Source of the DNA: Candidatus Zhuqueibacterota bacterium
GTDB lineage: Bacteria > Zhuqueibacterota > Zhuqueibacteria > Thermofontimicrobiales > Thermofontimicrobiaceae
Assembly: GCA_034506395.1 (NCBI GenBank)
Contig: JAPDPQ010000002.1
Coordinates: 52,255 to 116,254 of the forward strand
DNA: 64,000 nt
Direction: 5' to 3'
The notes beneath the pieces were generated by a model. That model was not told the origin of the DNA, did no database searches, and saw only the letters and a list, made by a program, of their open reading frames with translations. A program made the translations under genes and the position numbers. Positions 9,050 to 18,096 of this stretch are shown piece after piece. Numbering within the stretch: the stretch's first letter is position 1; the number at the start of each line of letters is the position of its first letter.

Positions 9050-11722
9050 ATGACTGGAAGAATTTGGTTTGAGAAGTATGTTTTGATACTTTTGATGAAC
9101 TTGATGCTGATCAAAGGCGTTGCGGGACAAAATGGAGATCAAGCGGTTTTGGGCCAGATTTATCCAGACGCAACCTTCATTTGCAAGAACGCCAACGAGC
9201 GGTGCGGCTATTCTATGGCCGGGGCTGGGGATGTCAATGGCGACGGGTTCAGCGATTTTATGGTAGCCGCATATCACAACTATCTTCACGGTTGGAATTC
9301 TGGTGGGGTGTATTTGATCACCGGCGCATTGAATCAGCGATGGGGAATGAATGTCGATATCGAAGCCGCAGCAACAGCAGTATTTCGAGGCAGCCAAGAT
9401 TACGATATGGTCGGTTATTGTGTGGCGGGCAAAGGCGATTTCAATGGCGATGGACTGAGCGATATGATTATCGGTGCGCCAGGCACCTGGGATCGAATGC
9501 CCGAAACTCCAGGATGGGCTTATCTGGTGTTTGGGAAAAAGGAAATGGATTGGGGCAAAGATTATCAATTGGAGGCCTCCGCCGATGTGAAAATCGTGGG
9601 CGAAAAGCCCCTGGATCAATTTGGCTATGCGGTCTCTTTCGTCGGTGACATCAATCATGATGGGTATGACGACATCATCTGTGGCGCACCTTATCGCAAT
9701 CAATATCAAAAATGGGATGGCAAGGCGTATTTAATTTTGGGTGCTGCCCAGGGTTGGGATGGCAATCATCTGGTGGCGAAAAAAGCCGTGGCATCTTTCG
9801 TGTTTCCAGCCGAACAAGCGTTGACCGGCTATTCGGTCGCTGGAGTGGGCGATGTGAATCAGGATGGCACACCAGATTTTGTGATTGGCGTGCCTGGAGC
9901 TAATGTCGCCTGTTTAATATTGGGTAGACCAGCCGTCGATTGGGGGCTCGATTTTGATCTGCGGAATGCTGACTCTAAATTCTGGGGCGAGGTTGATGGC
10001 GATTACGCCGGCTCATGGATCAGCGCAGCGAATGATGTTAACCATGATGGCTATCCAGATTTCATGATTTCAGCTATTCAGGCCTATTTCAATGGGGGCA
10101 AAATTTATGTGGTCTTAGGTAGAAAACGCTGGACTGAGAGCGATATCTCTTTGAAGACTGCCGACGCTTCGTTCCGAGGAGAGGACGTGGAGACGCATAC
10201 CGGCTTCTGTACCTCAGGATTGAAAGATTATGATGGTGATGGCTATGACGACCTATTAATCGGTGCTCGCTACCTTAATAGCATTGATATTCCACATGCC
10301 GGCAAAGTCTATGTGATCAAAGGTCGACCTGGTGGTTGGCAGCATGACGCCGATCTGGAAAATAGCGATTATTACTTCTGGGGGCCAGATTCCATTACGT
10401 GTGCTGGCTGGCAGGTGGCGGATGTGGGCGATGTGAATGGCGATCATGGTCATGATTTTATCGCCTCAGGACCATTTAACAGCACTGGTGCTCATTGGGG
10501 CGGAAAAATATTTTTCTTTTATGGCAAAGATATCGCTTATCATATCTCTGGAACAATTGTTTATTACTCCCATTTCCAGCCAATCTCTGATGCGAAATTG
10601 ACGGTCACTGGCAATGTGGCTGATAGCACTTTGAGCGACCGAATGGGCCGTTATTCTCTTTGGCTCAAGCCGAATGGGAATTATCGAATCGCCGCTACAA
10701 AAGCGGGTCCGATTGGGAATCAAGACTATGCGATTTCAGCCTATGACGCGGCAAGGGTAGCCAGCCATGCCATCGGAATAGATACGCTTTCAAATTGGTC
10801 CCGAAAAGCAGCCGATGTCGATCAAAATGGCGTAATTCAGATGTTCGATGCGGCGCAGATCGCCCGCTATGCTGTCGACCTTCCTGCACTGGAATCTTCT
10901 CATGTGGGCGAATTCCGTTTCGATCCAGAGAGCCGATGGTACTCCAATTTGGGACAATCCTTTCTGCAAGAAAATTTTATTGGGCTGCTATTGGGCGATG
11001 TAGATGGCAATTGGCAAACTCATACCACTATTGCAGCCAAAAATACTGGGAATTCGATATTGCCAAGTAGCATTGTCACGTTATTCAATTCGCGACCTTC
11101 GATCCCATTGACGATCAATGATTTCGCCAATGCCAGATCTGTCGATATCCAGTTCGAGTTTGATCCAACGCAACTGCAATTTCTTGAGCTTCACCGAACT
11201 GAGGTCACAAAAAATTTCTCATTGGTACTGAACGCTAATGTGCCAGGCTTGATAAAAATCGCTCTCTTTAGTGCGACTCCCGTGCACTTTCAGGGAGAGA
11301 TCGCTCGATTGCAATTTAAGCTTGTGAATTTGAATAACACTAATTTAGCCCGCCTGAAAATGACTGTAATTCGCGTCAATGATGTCCGATTCCCGCCTGA
11401 GGAGACATTAATTTTCATGGTTGACAAGAATGGCCTAAACATCGCAACAGAAGCAACATTGATCAGTCAGCCCAATCCATTTAATCCAAGCACCACTCTC
11501 ATCTTTAAAAATAATATGGCTGGTAAGGGGAAGCTGATGATCTATGATGTATTGGGAAAAGCGGTGCGCTGTTTTGATCTGGGATTTTTGCTGCCGGGCG
11601 TACATCAAGTGTTCTGGGACGGGGCGGACGACAGTGGCAACGAGCTATCCAGTGGCGTTTATTTCGCCAGATTTCAGTGCGATGCCAAGGAGAGCATAAT
11701 TAAATTGATCAAGCTAAAATAA
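9050..11722 (+). CDS. FG-GAP-repeat T9SS cargo protein, paralog B, with the same architecture as paralog A.
   Basis: It starts 12 nt after the stop of paralog A and follows GGGGGAG. The FG-GAP motifs are 'GDVNGDGFSDFMVAA', 'GDFNGDGLSDMIIGAP' and 'GDINHDGYDDIICGAP'. The dockerin-like segment is 'ISAYDAARVASHAIG…ADVDQNGVIQMFDAAQIARYAVDLP' (~10735-10890). The cohesin-like module 'SVDIQFEFDPTQLQFLELHRTEV…GLIKIALFS…GEIARLQFKLVNLN' lies at ~11060-11440. The CTD is 'ISQPNPFNPSTTLIF…IYDVLGKAV…SGVYFARF'. Confidence 0.85.
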   Translation: MTGRIWFEKYVLILLMNLMLIKGVAGQNGDQAVLGQIYPDATFICKNANERCGYSMAGAGDVNGDGFSDFMVAAYHNYLHGWNSGGVYLITGALNQRWGMNVDIEAAATAVFRGSQDYDMVGYCVAGKGDFNGDGLSDMIIGAPGTWDRMPETPGWAYLVFGKKEMDWGKDYQLEASADVKIVGEKPLDQFGYAVSFVGDINHDGYDDIICGAPYRNQYQKWDGKAYLILGAAQGWDGNHLVAKKAVASFVFPAEQALTGYSVAGVGDVNQDGTPDFVIGVPGANVACLILGRPAVDWGLDFDLRNADSKFWGEVDGDYAGSWISAANDVNHDGYPDFMISAIQAYFNGGKIYVVLGRKRWTESDISLKTADASFRGEDVETHTGFCTSGLKDYDGDGYDDLLIGARYLNSIDIPHAGKVYVIKGRPGGWQHDADLENSDYYFWGPDSITCAGWQVADVGDVNGDHGHDFIASGPFNSTGAHWGGKIFFFYGKDIAYHISGTIVYYSHFQPISDAKLTVTGNVADSTLSDRMGRYSLWLKPNGNYRIAATKAGPIGNQDYAISAYDAARVASHAIGIDTLSNWSRKAADVDQNGVIQMFDAAQIARYAVDLPALESSHVGEFRFDPESRWYSNLGQSFLQENFIGLLLGDVDGNWQTHTTIAAKNTGNSILPSSIVTLFNSRPSIPLTINDFANARSVDIQFEFDPTQLQFLELHRTEVTKNFSLVLNANVPGLIKIALFSATPVHFQGEIARLQFKLVNLNNTNLARLKMTVIRVNDVRFPPEETLIFMVDKNGLNIATEATLISQPNPFNPSTTLIFKNNMAGKGKLMIYDVLGKAVRCFDLGFLLPGVHQVFWDGADDSGNELSSGVYFARFQCDAKESIIKLIKLK

Positions 11723-11734
11723 CGAGGAGCAATC

Positions 11735-12523
11735 ATGCAAAGGTGGAAGCTTGGGCGTATTTTCGTGCTCAGCGCCATCATCATTGCATGGGGGATCAAT
11801 GATGGATTCGCGCAAGTCAAAGTTACAATCGCCGATGTTGCAGCGACGCCTAAAAGCACGGCCAGCGTGGCAATGTTGGTGAGCGATTTATCTAATTATG
11901 AGATCATTTCCTATCAATTTGAAATTTTGTATGATTCGCTGGTTGCTCGGGCGAAAGGGGTGGCAGTTGAAGGCACGATAACCGCGCCATGGGGCAGCCC
12001 CGCGGTCAATCTGGATAGCGCTGGCAGAATGCTCGTTGGCAATTTCGGGACGCGGCCGCTTTCGCCAGGCGATACACTGCTTAAACTCATCTTTGCGGTC
12101 GTCGGATTACCGGGCGATACGAGTACGATCATCCTAAAGGATTTTCAGTTCAACAATGGCAATCCCATGGCCCTATCGAAAAACGGGCGACTAAAAGTTC
12201 TATCGCCCAGCGGTGTGGCCCAGCCTTCGCCGATCGTACCGCGAAAAGCAATCTATCTCTCTAACTCGCCAGAGCCATTTTGCGACCGCACCACGATTCA
12301 AATGATTCAGCCTTCTCCAGGAGCAATCGATATTGAGATCTACAATGTACTTGGACAGCGGATCAAACGATTAGGAAACTTTGATTCAAATCGATCCTTG
12401 TTGGAGATCGACTGGGACGCGACCGACCAGCAAGGTGGACCAGTGCCGGCTGGCATCTATTTCTGTATGGTGAGACAATTCAATCGGATTCTGGCGGTTG
12501 ATCGGATGATATTCATCAAGTGA
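11735..12523 (+). CDS. Small secreted protein (262 aa) consisting of a signal peptide, a single cohesin-like domain and a T9SS CTD.
   Basis: GAGGAG lies 5 nt upstream of the ATG. The domain 'VKVTIADVAATPKSTASVAMLVSDLSNYEIISYQFEILYDSLVARAKGVAVEGTITAPWGSPAVNLDSAGRMLVGNFGTRPLSPGDTLLKLIFAVVGLPGDTSTIILKDFQFNNGNPMALSKNGRLKV' fits the cohesin beta-sandwich pattern (V.V.I..V.A..G..V.VPV….FxL.YD..VL…G….W…N…G.I..G…GxGxL..I.F.V.G..G..S.L….FN.G.P…NG.V). The CTD is 'PEPFCDRTTIQM…IEIYNVLGQRI…AGIYFCMV'. The gene is tightly coupled to both neighbours. Confidence 0.75.
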   Translation: MQRWKLGRIFVLSAIIIAWGINDGFAQVKVTIADVAATPKSTASVAMLVSDLSNYEIISYQFEILYDSLVARAKGVAVEGTITAPWGSPAVNLDSAGRMLVGNFGTRPLSPGDTLLKLIFAVVGLPGDTSTIILKDFQFNNGNPMALSKNGRLKVLSPSGVAQPSPIVPRKAIYLSNSPEPFCDRTTIQMIQPSPGAIDIEIYNVLGQRIKRLGNFDSNRSLLEIDWDATDQQGGPVPAGIYFCMVRQFNRILAVDRMIFIK

Positions 12524-12534
12524 TTGAGGAGATT

Positions 12535-14970
12535 ATGGTGCAATTACGATTTCTGATATTTGGTTTTATTTTGTCCATGATGGCAGCGATGACGCAGGCT
12601 CAGGTGCAAGTCACCTTGCCAGACACCACGGCAAATTGGAATAGCTCGGTGACCATCTCCATCCGCGTTAGCGATGTCACTGCTTATGGCATTTATTCAT
12701 ATGAGTTCATTTTAAATTATAATGCTCTTGTCTTAAAGCCTACGGCGGTCGATCATAATAATACGCTTGCTTCGAATTGGCAAAAACCAGAGGTGAATGA
12801 TTCAACCAAAGGTGTTTTGGTTATTGGTGGCTATGGAGCGAATAAGTTAGTGGGTAATGGCCGATTGGTCAATATGACATTTCAGGTGATCGGTCAACCC
12901 GATCAGGTGAGTGATTTGACATTTAGCTATTTTGCCTTCAATGATGGTAGGCCAACGCCAACATTGTCCAATGGTCGGGTGAAAGTCATCACCAATTTAG
13001 TACCGGTAACGATAACAACCAACGTACTATCTGGCACCGAGGTCGTGGTGGACGGGAGCTCGCATGCTGCGCCCTATAATACCTATTGGGAGAAAGGCAG
13101 CAGCCATCAGATCTCTGCGCCGGATCTGCAGACCATTGGAGATAGGCGATATAATTATCAGTCATGGAGTGATCAGGGGGCGCAAACTCATACCGTCTCA
13201 GTAACCCAACCAACTACATTTACCGCAAATTATAGCACCCAGTATCTGCTGACGATCCAGACAGCCCACGGCACGCCGCAGGGGAGCGGTTGGTATAATG
13301 CAGGTGCTGTGGCCAGTTTTTCCATCGATTCATCTCTTATTGAAAATGGGGATACAAAATATTTGTTTGTTTCTTGGACTGGCAGTGGCTCAGGTTGTTA
13401 TATTGGGCCGTTGCGCAAGGCATCCGTGGTCATGAATAACCCAATTGTCCAAACAGCGAATTGGTCAACTCAATATTACGTGGATATTCGCACTGATGTT
13501 GGCAAATCTTATGGAAGCGGATGGTATTCTCCAGGAGCGCTAGTGGCATTTGGCCTCGATTCCTCAACCATTATTCGATCGGATGCTCATTATCGATTCC
13601 AATCCTGGTCTGGAACTGGGCCCAATAGCTACTCCGGGACGAACCTTAGCGCCACAATCACTGTGGCTGGCCCAGTAGTCGAACAAGCAATTTGGGATAG
13701 CGAATTTTTATTGGTCACTGGTTCGCTTCCAGAGGGGGTGCTTCAAGTGCCTGGCGCTGGCTGGTACGCGAAAGGACAATCTTTTACGACTATTAAAGCC
13801 CCAGATCCATTGATTGTGAATCAGGTCAGTTATCGATTCAAGGGATGGAAAGTCAATGGGGCGATCGTCCCAGGCAATCCAGTGACGGTGGTGATGGACG
13901 GACCCAAAACAGTCATCGCTGATTACAGCAACGATATTACCGTGGTGGTAACCACCAATGTCGGATCAGGCACAAAGGTGATTGTTGATGGCGAAGAAAA
14001 AAATGCTCCATATACAGCCCAATGGATCGCAGGGACGCGACATGGCATTGGTGTCGTCAACGTTCAAAATGGTGCGCCAGGAGTCCGATATAGTTACGTC
14101 CGCTGGAGTCATGGCGGAAATCAGACCCAGGAAGTTGTCCCAACGATGAACACCACTTATATAGCTGAATTGGCGACCCAATATTATCTTGAAGTGACAG
14201 ATGAACCATCTGGGATCGCGAATCCAAAAGGCACTGGTTGGTACTTGGCTGGGCAGTTGGTCATCTTGGACAGTTTGATTCAAAATAAAATTGCGGGCCA
14301 AACCAGTTATCGTTTTATTAAATGGCAAATTGATGGAGCTGATAGCCTAAAAAAATCTGTGCGGCTAATGATGAGTCAGCCGCGTCAGGCGGTGGCAGTT
14401 TATCAGAAAGGCTTTTTTATCTCAGGTAATATCACTTTTGTGGGCAGCAATCCCAAGCCATTGACCTTGGAGGTTATTGGCGCAGAAAACTTCTCAGTGC
14501 GATCGGATAGCAATGGGTATTATGTGATCGCTGGACTGGTCAATGGGGATTATACAATTCGCCCTCGTCACCCTGCCTTCAACATTGAACCGAGCCAGCG
14601 GTCTTATAAAGTCAATCGCAATTTTGAAAATGAATACTATTTTGCCTTTTATATAACTGCGATTTCATCGCCAGAAGGGCCAACTCAGTCTCCAGATCGC
14701 TTTGAATTGTATCAAAATTATCCTAATCCAGTGGCAGATGAAACCGTGATCGAATATGCTGTAAAAGGATATGTTCCGATTCGAGTCGCAGTTTATAACA
14801 TCCTGGGTCAGGAGATCGCCCAACTTGTGGCAAATCGTCAGCCTGCTGGGCGCTATCGGGTGCAGTGGAATCGAACCGACAATCATGGGGCACGCGTGCC
14901 GCCGGGCATGTATTTCTATCGCATCGAAGCCCCCAATTTTGTCCAGATTCGAAAAATGATCGTGCTTTAG
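12535..14970 (+). CDS. T9SS cargo protein with an N-terminal cohesin-like domain, about six tandem ~100-aa Listeria/InlB-B-type bacterial repeat domains, a CarboxypepD_reg-like domain and a T9SS CTD.
   Basis: The ORF overlaps the previous stop (GTG at 12520). The ATG at 12535 follows GAGGAG, and the signal peptide is 'MVQLRFLIFGFILSMMAAMTQAQV'. The cohesin-like segment is 'VQVTLPDTTANWNSSVTISIRVSDVTAYGIYSYEFILNYNALVLKP…GRLVNMTFQVIGQPDQVSDLTFSYFAFNDGRPTPTLSNGRVKV'. Repeats recur of the form 'TQYYL.I…G.GSGWY..G..V.F..D……Y.F.SWSG.G'. 'GNITFVGSNPKPLTLEVIG…SDSNGYYVIAGLVNGDYTIRP' is CarbopepD_reg-like. The CTD is 'FELYQNYPNPVADETVIEY…VYNILGQEI'. Confidence 0.8.
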   Translation: MVQLRFLIFGFILSMMAAMTQAQVQVTLPDTTANWNSSVTISIRVSDVTAYGIYSYEFILNYNALVLKPTAVDHNNTLASNWQKPEVNDSTKGVLVIGGYGANKLVGNGRLVNMTFQVIGQPDQVSDLTFSYFAFNDGRPTPTLSNGRVKVITNLVPVTITTNVLSGTEVVVDGSSHAAPYNTYWEKGSSHQISAPDLQTIGDRRYNYQSWSDQGAQTHTVSVTQPTTFTANYSTQYLLTIQTAHGTPQGSGWYNAGAVASFSIDSSLIENGDTKYLFVSWTGSGSGCYIGPLRKASVVMNNPIVQTANWSTQYYVDIRTDVGKSYGSGWYSPGALVAFGLDSSTIIRSDAHYRFQSWSGTGPNSYSGTNLSATITVAGPVVEQAIWDSEFLLVTGSLPEGVLQVPGAGWYAKGQSFTTIKAPDPLIVNQVSYRFKGWKVNGAIVPGNPVTVVMDGPKTVIADYSNDITVVVTTNVGSGTKVIVDGEEKNAPYTAQWIAGTRHGIGVVNVQNGAPGVRYSYVRWSHGGNQTQEVVPTMNTTYIAELATQYYLEVTDEPSGIANPKGTGWYLAGQLVILDSLIQNKIAGQTSYRFIKWQIDGADSLKKSVRLMMSQPRQAVAVYQKGFFISGNITFVGSNPKPLTLEVIGAENFSVRSDSNGYYVIAGLVNGDYTIRPRHPAFNIEPSQRSYKVNRNFENEYYFAFYITAISSPEGPTQSPDRFELYQNYPNPVADETVIEYAVKGYVPIRVAVYNILGQEIAQLVANRQPAGRYRVQWNRTDNHGARVPPGMYFYRIEAPNFVQIRKMIVL

Positions 14971-15311
14971 CTGAAAGCTCGAAACCACAGGCGGTTGATA
15001 TTGGGCCTGATCTTCATTCCGTGGAAGCGCTCGTGAATGATATTTGGATTGCTCCATGTTATAGATCATGATGAGGCAAGAATTTTTAAATGAGGGGATG
15101 CTCAATTTTCCTTCCGCAAGTTTTGAACATGATCTACGGGAGCAGCGGCTGAGATTTAGGGGATTTTGATTTGTATTAAAATTGTAGCGTTCATTGTTGC
15201 TGCCTTCTATTATTCTACTATGATGAAATTGAGTTAAAAAAAGCTGTTCAAATTCTCTTTGGTTTCACCAGGGAGAATAAATAAATCGGTGTGAGATGGG
15301 GGAGCTCATCC

Positions 15312-17987
15312 ATGTGGCACTGCGATGTTAGCAGAAGATTTGCAATCACCATTTTCGGGATGCAGTTGGTATTAGGAATCACAAATGGATATGGCCAAAC
15401 TGAAATTGCAAGTCCAATGACCAAGTTGACGCCTTCTGCGGCATTTTTGGGTGAATTTTATTATGAACGGGTGGGATATTACATGGAAAATGCCGGGGAT
15501 GTCAACGGAGATGGGTGCGAGGACTTCCTGATCGGTACGTTTCATAATCGGGAAAATGGATATGATGCAGGAGCGGCTTACCTGATCCTGGGTAATAGAA
15601 ATAATATCTGGGGGATGAAGCAGCGATTGAGGACCGCAGACGCTCGTTTTTTGGGGAAACATGAGTATGATGCGTTCGGATATTATGTTTCAGGCAATGG
15701 CGATGCGAATGGCGATGGCTATGATGATTTTTTGATTGGCGCGCCGGCTGGTAATGAATTGGGAGGGCCCAACCCCGGGTATGCGTTTCTGTTTTTGGGA
15801 AAAGCGACAGCGGATTGGGGTTTCGATTGCGTGGCGCGGGATGCCGCTGATGCCTACTGGATGGGAAGCCATGCTTACGATCATGTGGGCCAGGCTGTTG
15901 CCATGCTCGGTGACATCAATGGTGATGGTTTTGATGATTTTCTCATCGGCGCGCCATTGAACGATGACGGTTCGGAAGAGAGCGGGAAGGCCTATTTATT
16001 TTTAGGCAAGGCCTCTGGTTGGCGACGCGGCGCTGATATTGAAGCTGCTGCAAATGCCAGTTTCATCTGTCAATATTATAAAGCGTGGGCTGGCTATACA
16101 GTTTCTTCCGCTGGGGACATGAATGGGGATGGAATGGCTGATTTTTTAATTGGTGCGCCGTTTCTCGATCGATGGGGAGGCCGAGTTTACCTGTTTTTTG
16201 GCCGAAAAAAGGCCGATTGGGGTGCCAATTTCGATCTTGACCAAGCGGATGTAATTTTCCAAGGTGAAAACTACGGCGATAAAGCTGGCTGGAGCTTGGC
16301 TTCCGCTGGGGACGTCAATGGGGATGGCCTGAGCGATATCCTGATTGGAGCCTACGGAAATGATCACCAAGCAGCCCAAGCCGGAAAGGTTTATTTGATT
16401 CTGGGCCGAAAATCGAATTGGCAGCGGATCGTTCAACTGAACGAGGCAGAGGCCTCCTGGTATGGGGAAAGAATAGATGATCAAGCTGGCTGGAGTGCGG
16501 CAAGCGTCCCAGATCTAAATTATGATGGATGCGATGAAATATTGATCGGCGCGTGGCATAATGATCAAATCGGAGACAACTGCGGCAAAGCTTATTTGAT
16601 CTATGGTAAGCCGAGCGGTTGGCAAACGGATCAAAGTTTGGCTGGAGTGACAGATTATTTTGTTGGTGAATATGATGGCGATTACGCTGGCTATTGTGTG
16701 ACTGGCAACGATGCCAATGGCGATGGGCTGGGAGACATCTGGATTTCTGCAGCCTATAATAGCGATAGCCAGGAGCATGCGGGAAAGGTGTATTTGTTTT
16801 TAAGCGAACGCGATCGTTACGACATCAGTGGGCAAATCCGTTATTATAGCAACGGTGAACCAGTACCAGGGGTACAAATCAATATTTTGGGAGGCACCCG
16901 AAGCTGGCTCGTAAGTGATACCAATGGACTGTTTAGCCAGATATTGCCCCACCACATAGATTATTATTTCGTCCCATGCAAAGCATCTTACAGCGATTTG
17001 AATAGTGAGACCATTATCGCCTATGATGCTGCATTGACGCTGCAAGTTGCTGTCGAAAAATTGCCTTTGGATAGTTTGCAATGGCTGGCTGCCAATGCCG
17101 ATCAAGACAGCTTCATCACCGCGTATGATGCAGCATTGATCGCGCGATACGTCGTTGGCTATCGAGATTCGAACTCGGCGGTTGGAAAATGGGTCTTTTC
17201 CCCGACACAACGCACCATTCACGATCTTGCCCAGGAACACCATCGATTAGATTTTTCCGCCATTGTGGTTGGCAATGTGCATGGCGGTTGGCAGCCATTC
17301 ATGGGGGACTCCCTGCCGCGAACTTTGGCGAGCCTCCCATTGCCCCAAGCACAGCGCCAGGGCAAACGGGTAATCATCCCGTTCGAGATTGAACAGCCGA
17401 TGGAGTTGTCTTCGCTAGAAATTCAATTAGCCTTGCCATCCGATCGGTTTTCCGTAGTAGATGTTCAGCTTGGTTCTATGTTAAGTCGTTTTCAATGGAT
17501 TTGCAATCAACAAAAAAGCCAAATCAAATTAGTGCTATATTCTGCTCATCAAACCACAGCAATCGGTGAGCTGGTCAGTTTGGTACTTGAACCGGACAAC
17601 GATAGCCCTGATTTCGATCATGTTGAATTGATAAAGTATCAAATCAATGACTTCCCTTCGGTTCGAGGCATGATTGAGCTTAGATCCCCGATTGAGCCCA
17701 TGTCACCAAAAAATTTCGCTCTGCACCAGAACTACCCTAATCCATTCAATTCTGAAACAGCGATTCGACTATCTGTCTCTCGGAATTGTAAGATTCATTT
17801 GGCCATCTATAATTTGCGGGGCGATTTGGTGCGGCTACTGGAAGATAAGTCCCTAGCGCCAGGCAATTACCAGTTTGTCTGGAATGGAAGGGATCAAAAT
17901 CAGATTCCACTTGCTTCTGGAGTCTATCTATGCCGGGCAATTGCAGGACAAGAACTACAGACGGTGAAACTCATAATGATTAAATAG
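15312..17987 (+). CDS. FG-GAP-repeat T9SS cargo protein, paralog C (FG-GAP blades, dockerin-like segment, internal cohesin-like module, T9SS CTD).
   Basis: GGGGGAG lies 7 nt upstream of the ATG at 15312, and the signal peptide is 'MWHCDVSRRFAITIFGMQLVLGITNGYGQ'. The FG-GAP motifs are 'GDVNGDGCEDFLIG', 'GDANGDGYDDFLIGAP', 'GDINGDGFDDFLIGAP' and 'GDMNGDGMADFLIGAP'. The dockerin-like segment is 'IAYDAALTLQVAVEKLP…NADQDSFITAYDAALIARYVVGY' (~17010-17165). The cohesin-like module lies at ~17370-17690. The CTD is 'FALHQNYPNPFNSETAIRLSV…IYNLRGDLV…SGVYLCRA'. Confidence 0.85.
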   Translation: MWHCDVSRRFAITIFGMQLVLGITNGYGQTEIASPMTKLTPSAAFLGEFYYERVGYYMENAGDVNGDGCEDFLIGTFHNRENGYDAGAAYLILGNRNNIWGMKQRLRTADARFLGKHEYDAFGYYVSGNGDANGDGYDDFLIGAPAGNELGGPNPGYAFLFLGKATADWGFDCVARDAADAYWMGSHAYDHVGQAVAMLGDINGDGFDDFLIGAPLNDDGSEESGKAYLFLGKASGWRRGADIEAAANASFICQYYKAWAGYTVSSAGDMNGDGMADFLIGAPFLDRWGGRVYLFFGRKKADWGANFDLDQADVIFQGENYGDKAGWSLASAGDVNGDGLSDILIGAYGNDHQAAQAGKVYLILGRKSNWQRIVQLNEAEASWYGERIDDQAGWSAASVPDLNYDGCDEILIGAWHNDQIGDNCGKAYLIYGKPSGWQTDQSLAGVTDYFVGEYDGDYAGYCVTGNDANGDGLGDIWISAAYNSDSQEHAGKVYLFLSERDRYDISGQIRYYSNGEPVPGVQINILGGTRSWLVSDTNGLFSQILPHHIDYYFVPCKASYSDLNSETIIAYDAALTLQVAVEKLPLDSLQWLAANADQDSFITAYDAALIARYVVGYRDSNSAVGKWVFSPTQRTIHDLAQEHHRLDFSAIVVGNVHGGWQPFMGDSLPRTLASLPLPQAQRQGKRVIIPFEIEQPMELSSLEIQLALPSDRFSVVDVQLGSMLSRFQWICNQQKSQIKLVLYSAHQTTAIGELVSLVLEPDNDSPDFDHVELIKYQINDFPSVRGMIELRSPIEPMSPKNFALHQNYPNPFNSETAIRLSVSRNCKIHLAIYNLRGDLVRLLEDKSLAPGNYQFVWNGRDQNQIPLASGVYLCRAIAGQELQTVKLIMIK

Positions 17988-18096
17988 CCAGATGTCGCCG
18001 GGCAAAAGAAGATATTTCCTGAATTCTATGGGAAAACACTTAAAAGTATGATATCTGGAAAAATTTTGGTTCGTAACTTAACTTGAGGATCGCATC

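Noticed and set aside
9181-9648. 155-aa Arg/Trp-rich plus-strand ORF in an alternate frame of FG-GAP paralog B.
   Set aside because: It is a frame-shifted reading of GC-rich repeat codons, and its composition (R/W/G/C-rich) is non-protein-like.
8999-9709. 236-aa minus-strand ORF overlapping the N-terminus of FG-GAP paralog B.
   Set aside because: It is fully antisense to a strongly supported gene. The repetitive, Gly/Asp-rich FG-GAP coding sequence generates long spurious antisense frames. It has no RBS and no recognisable motif.
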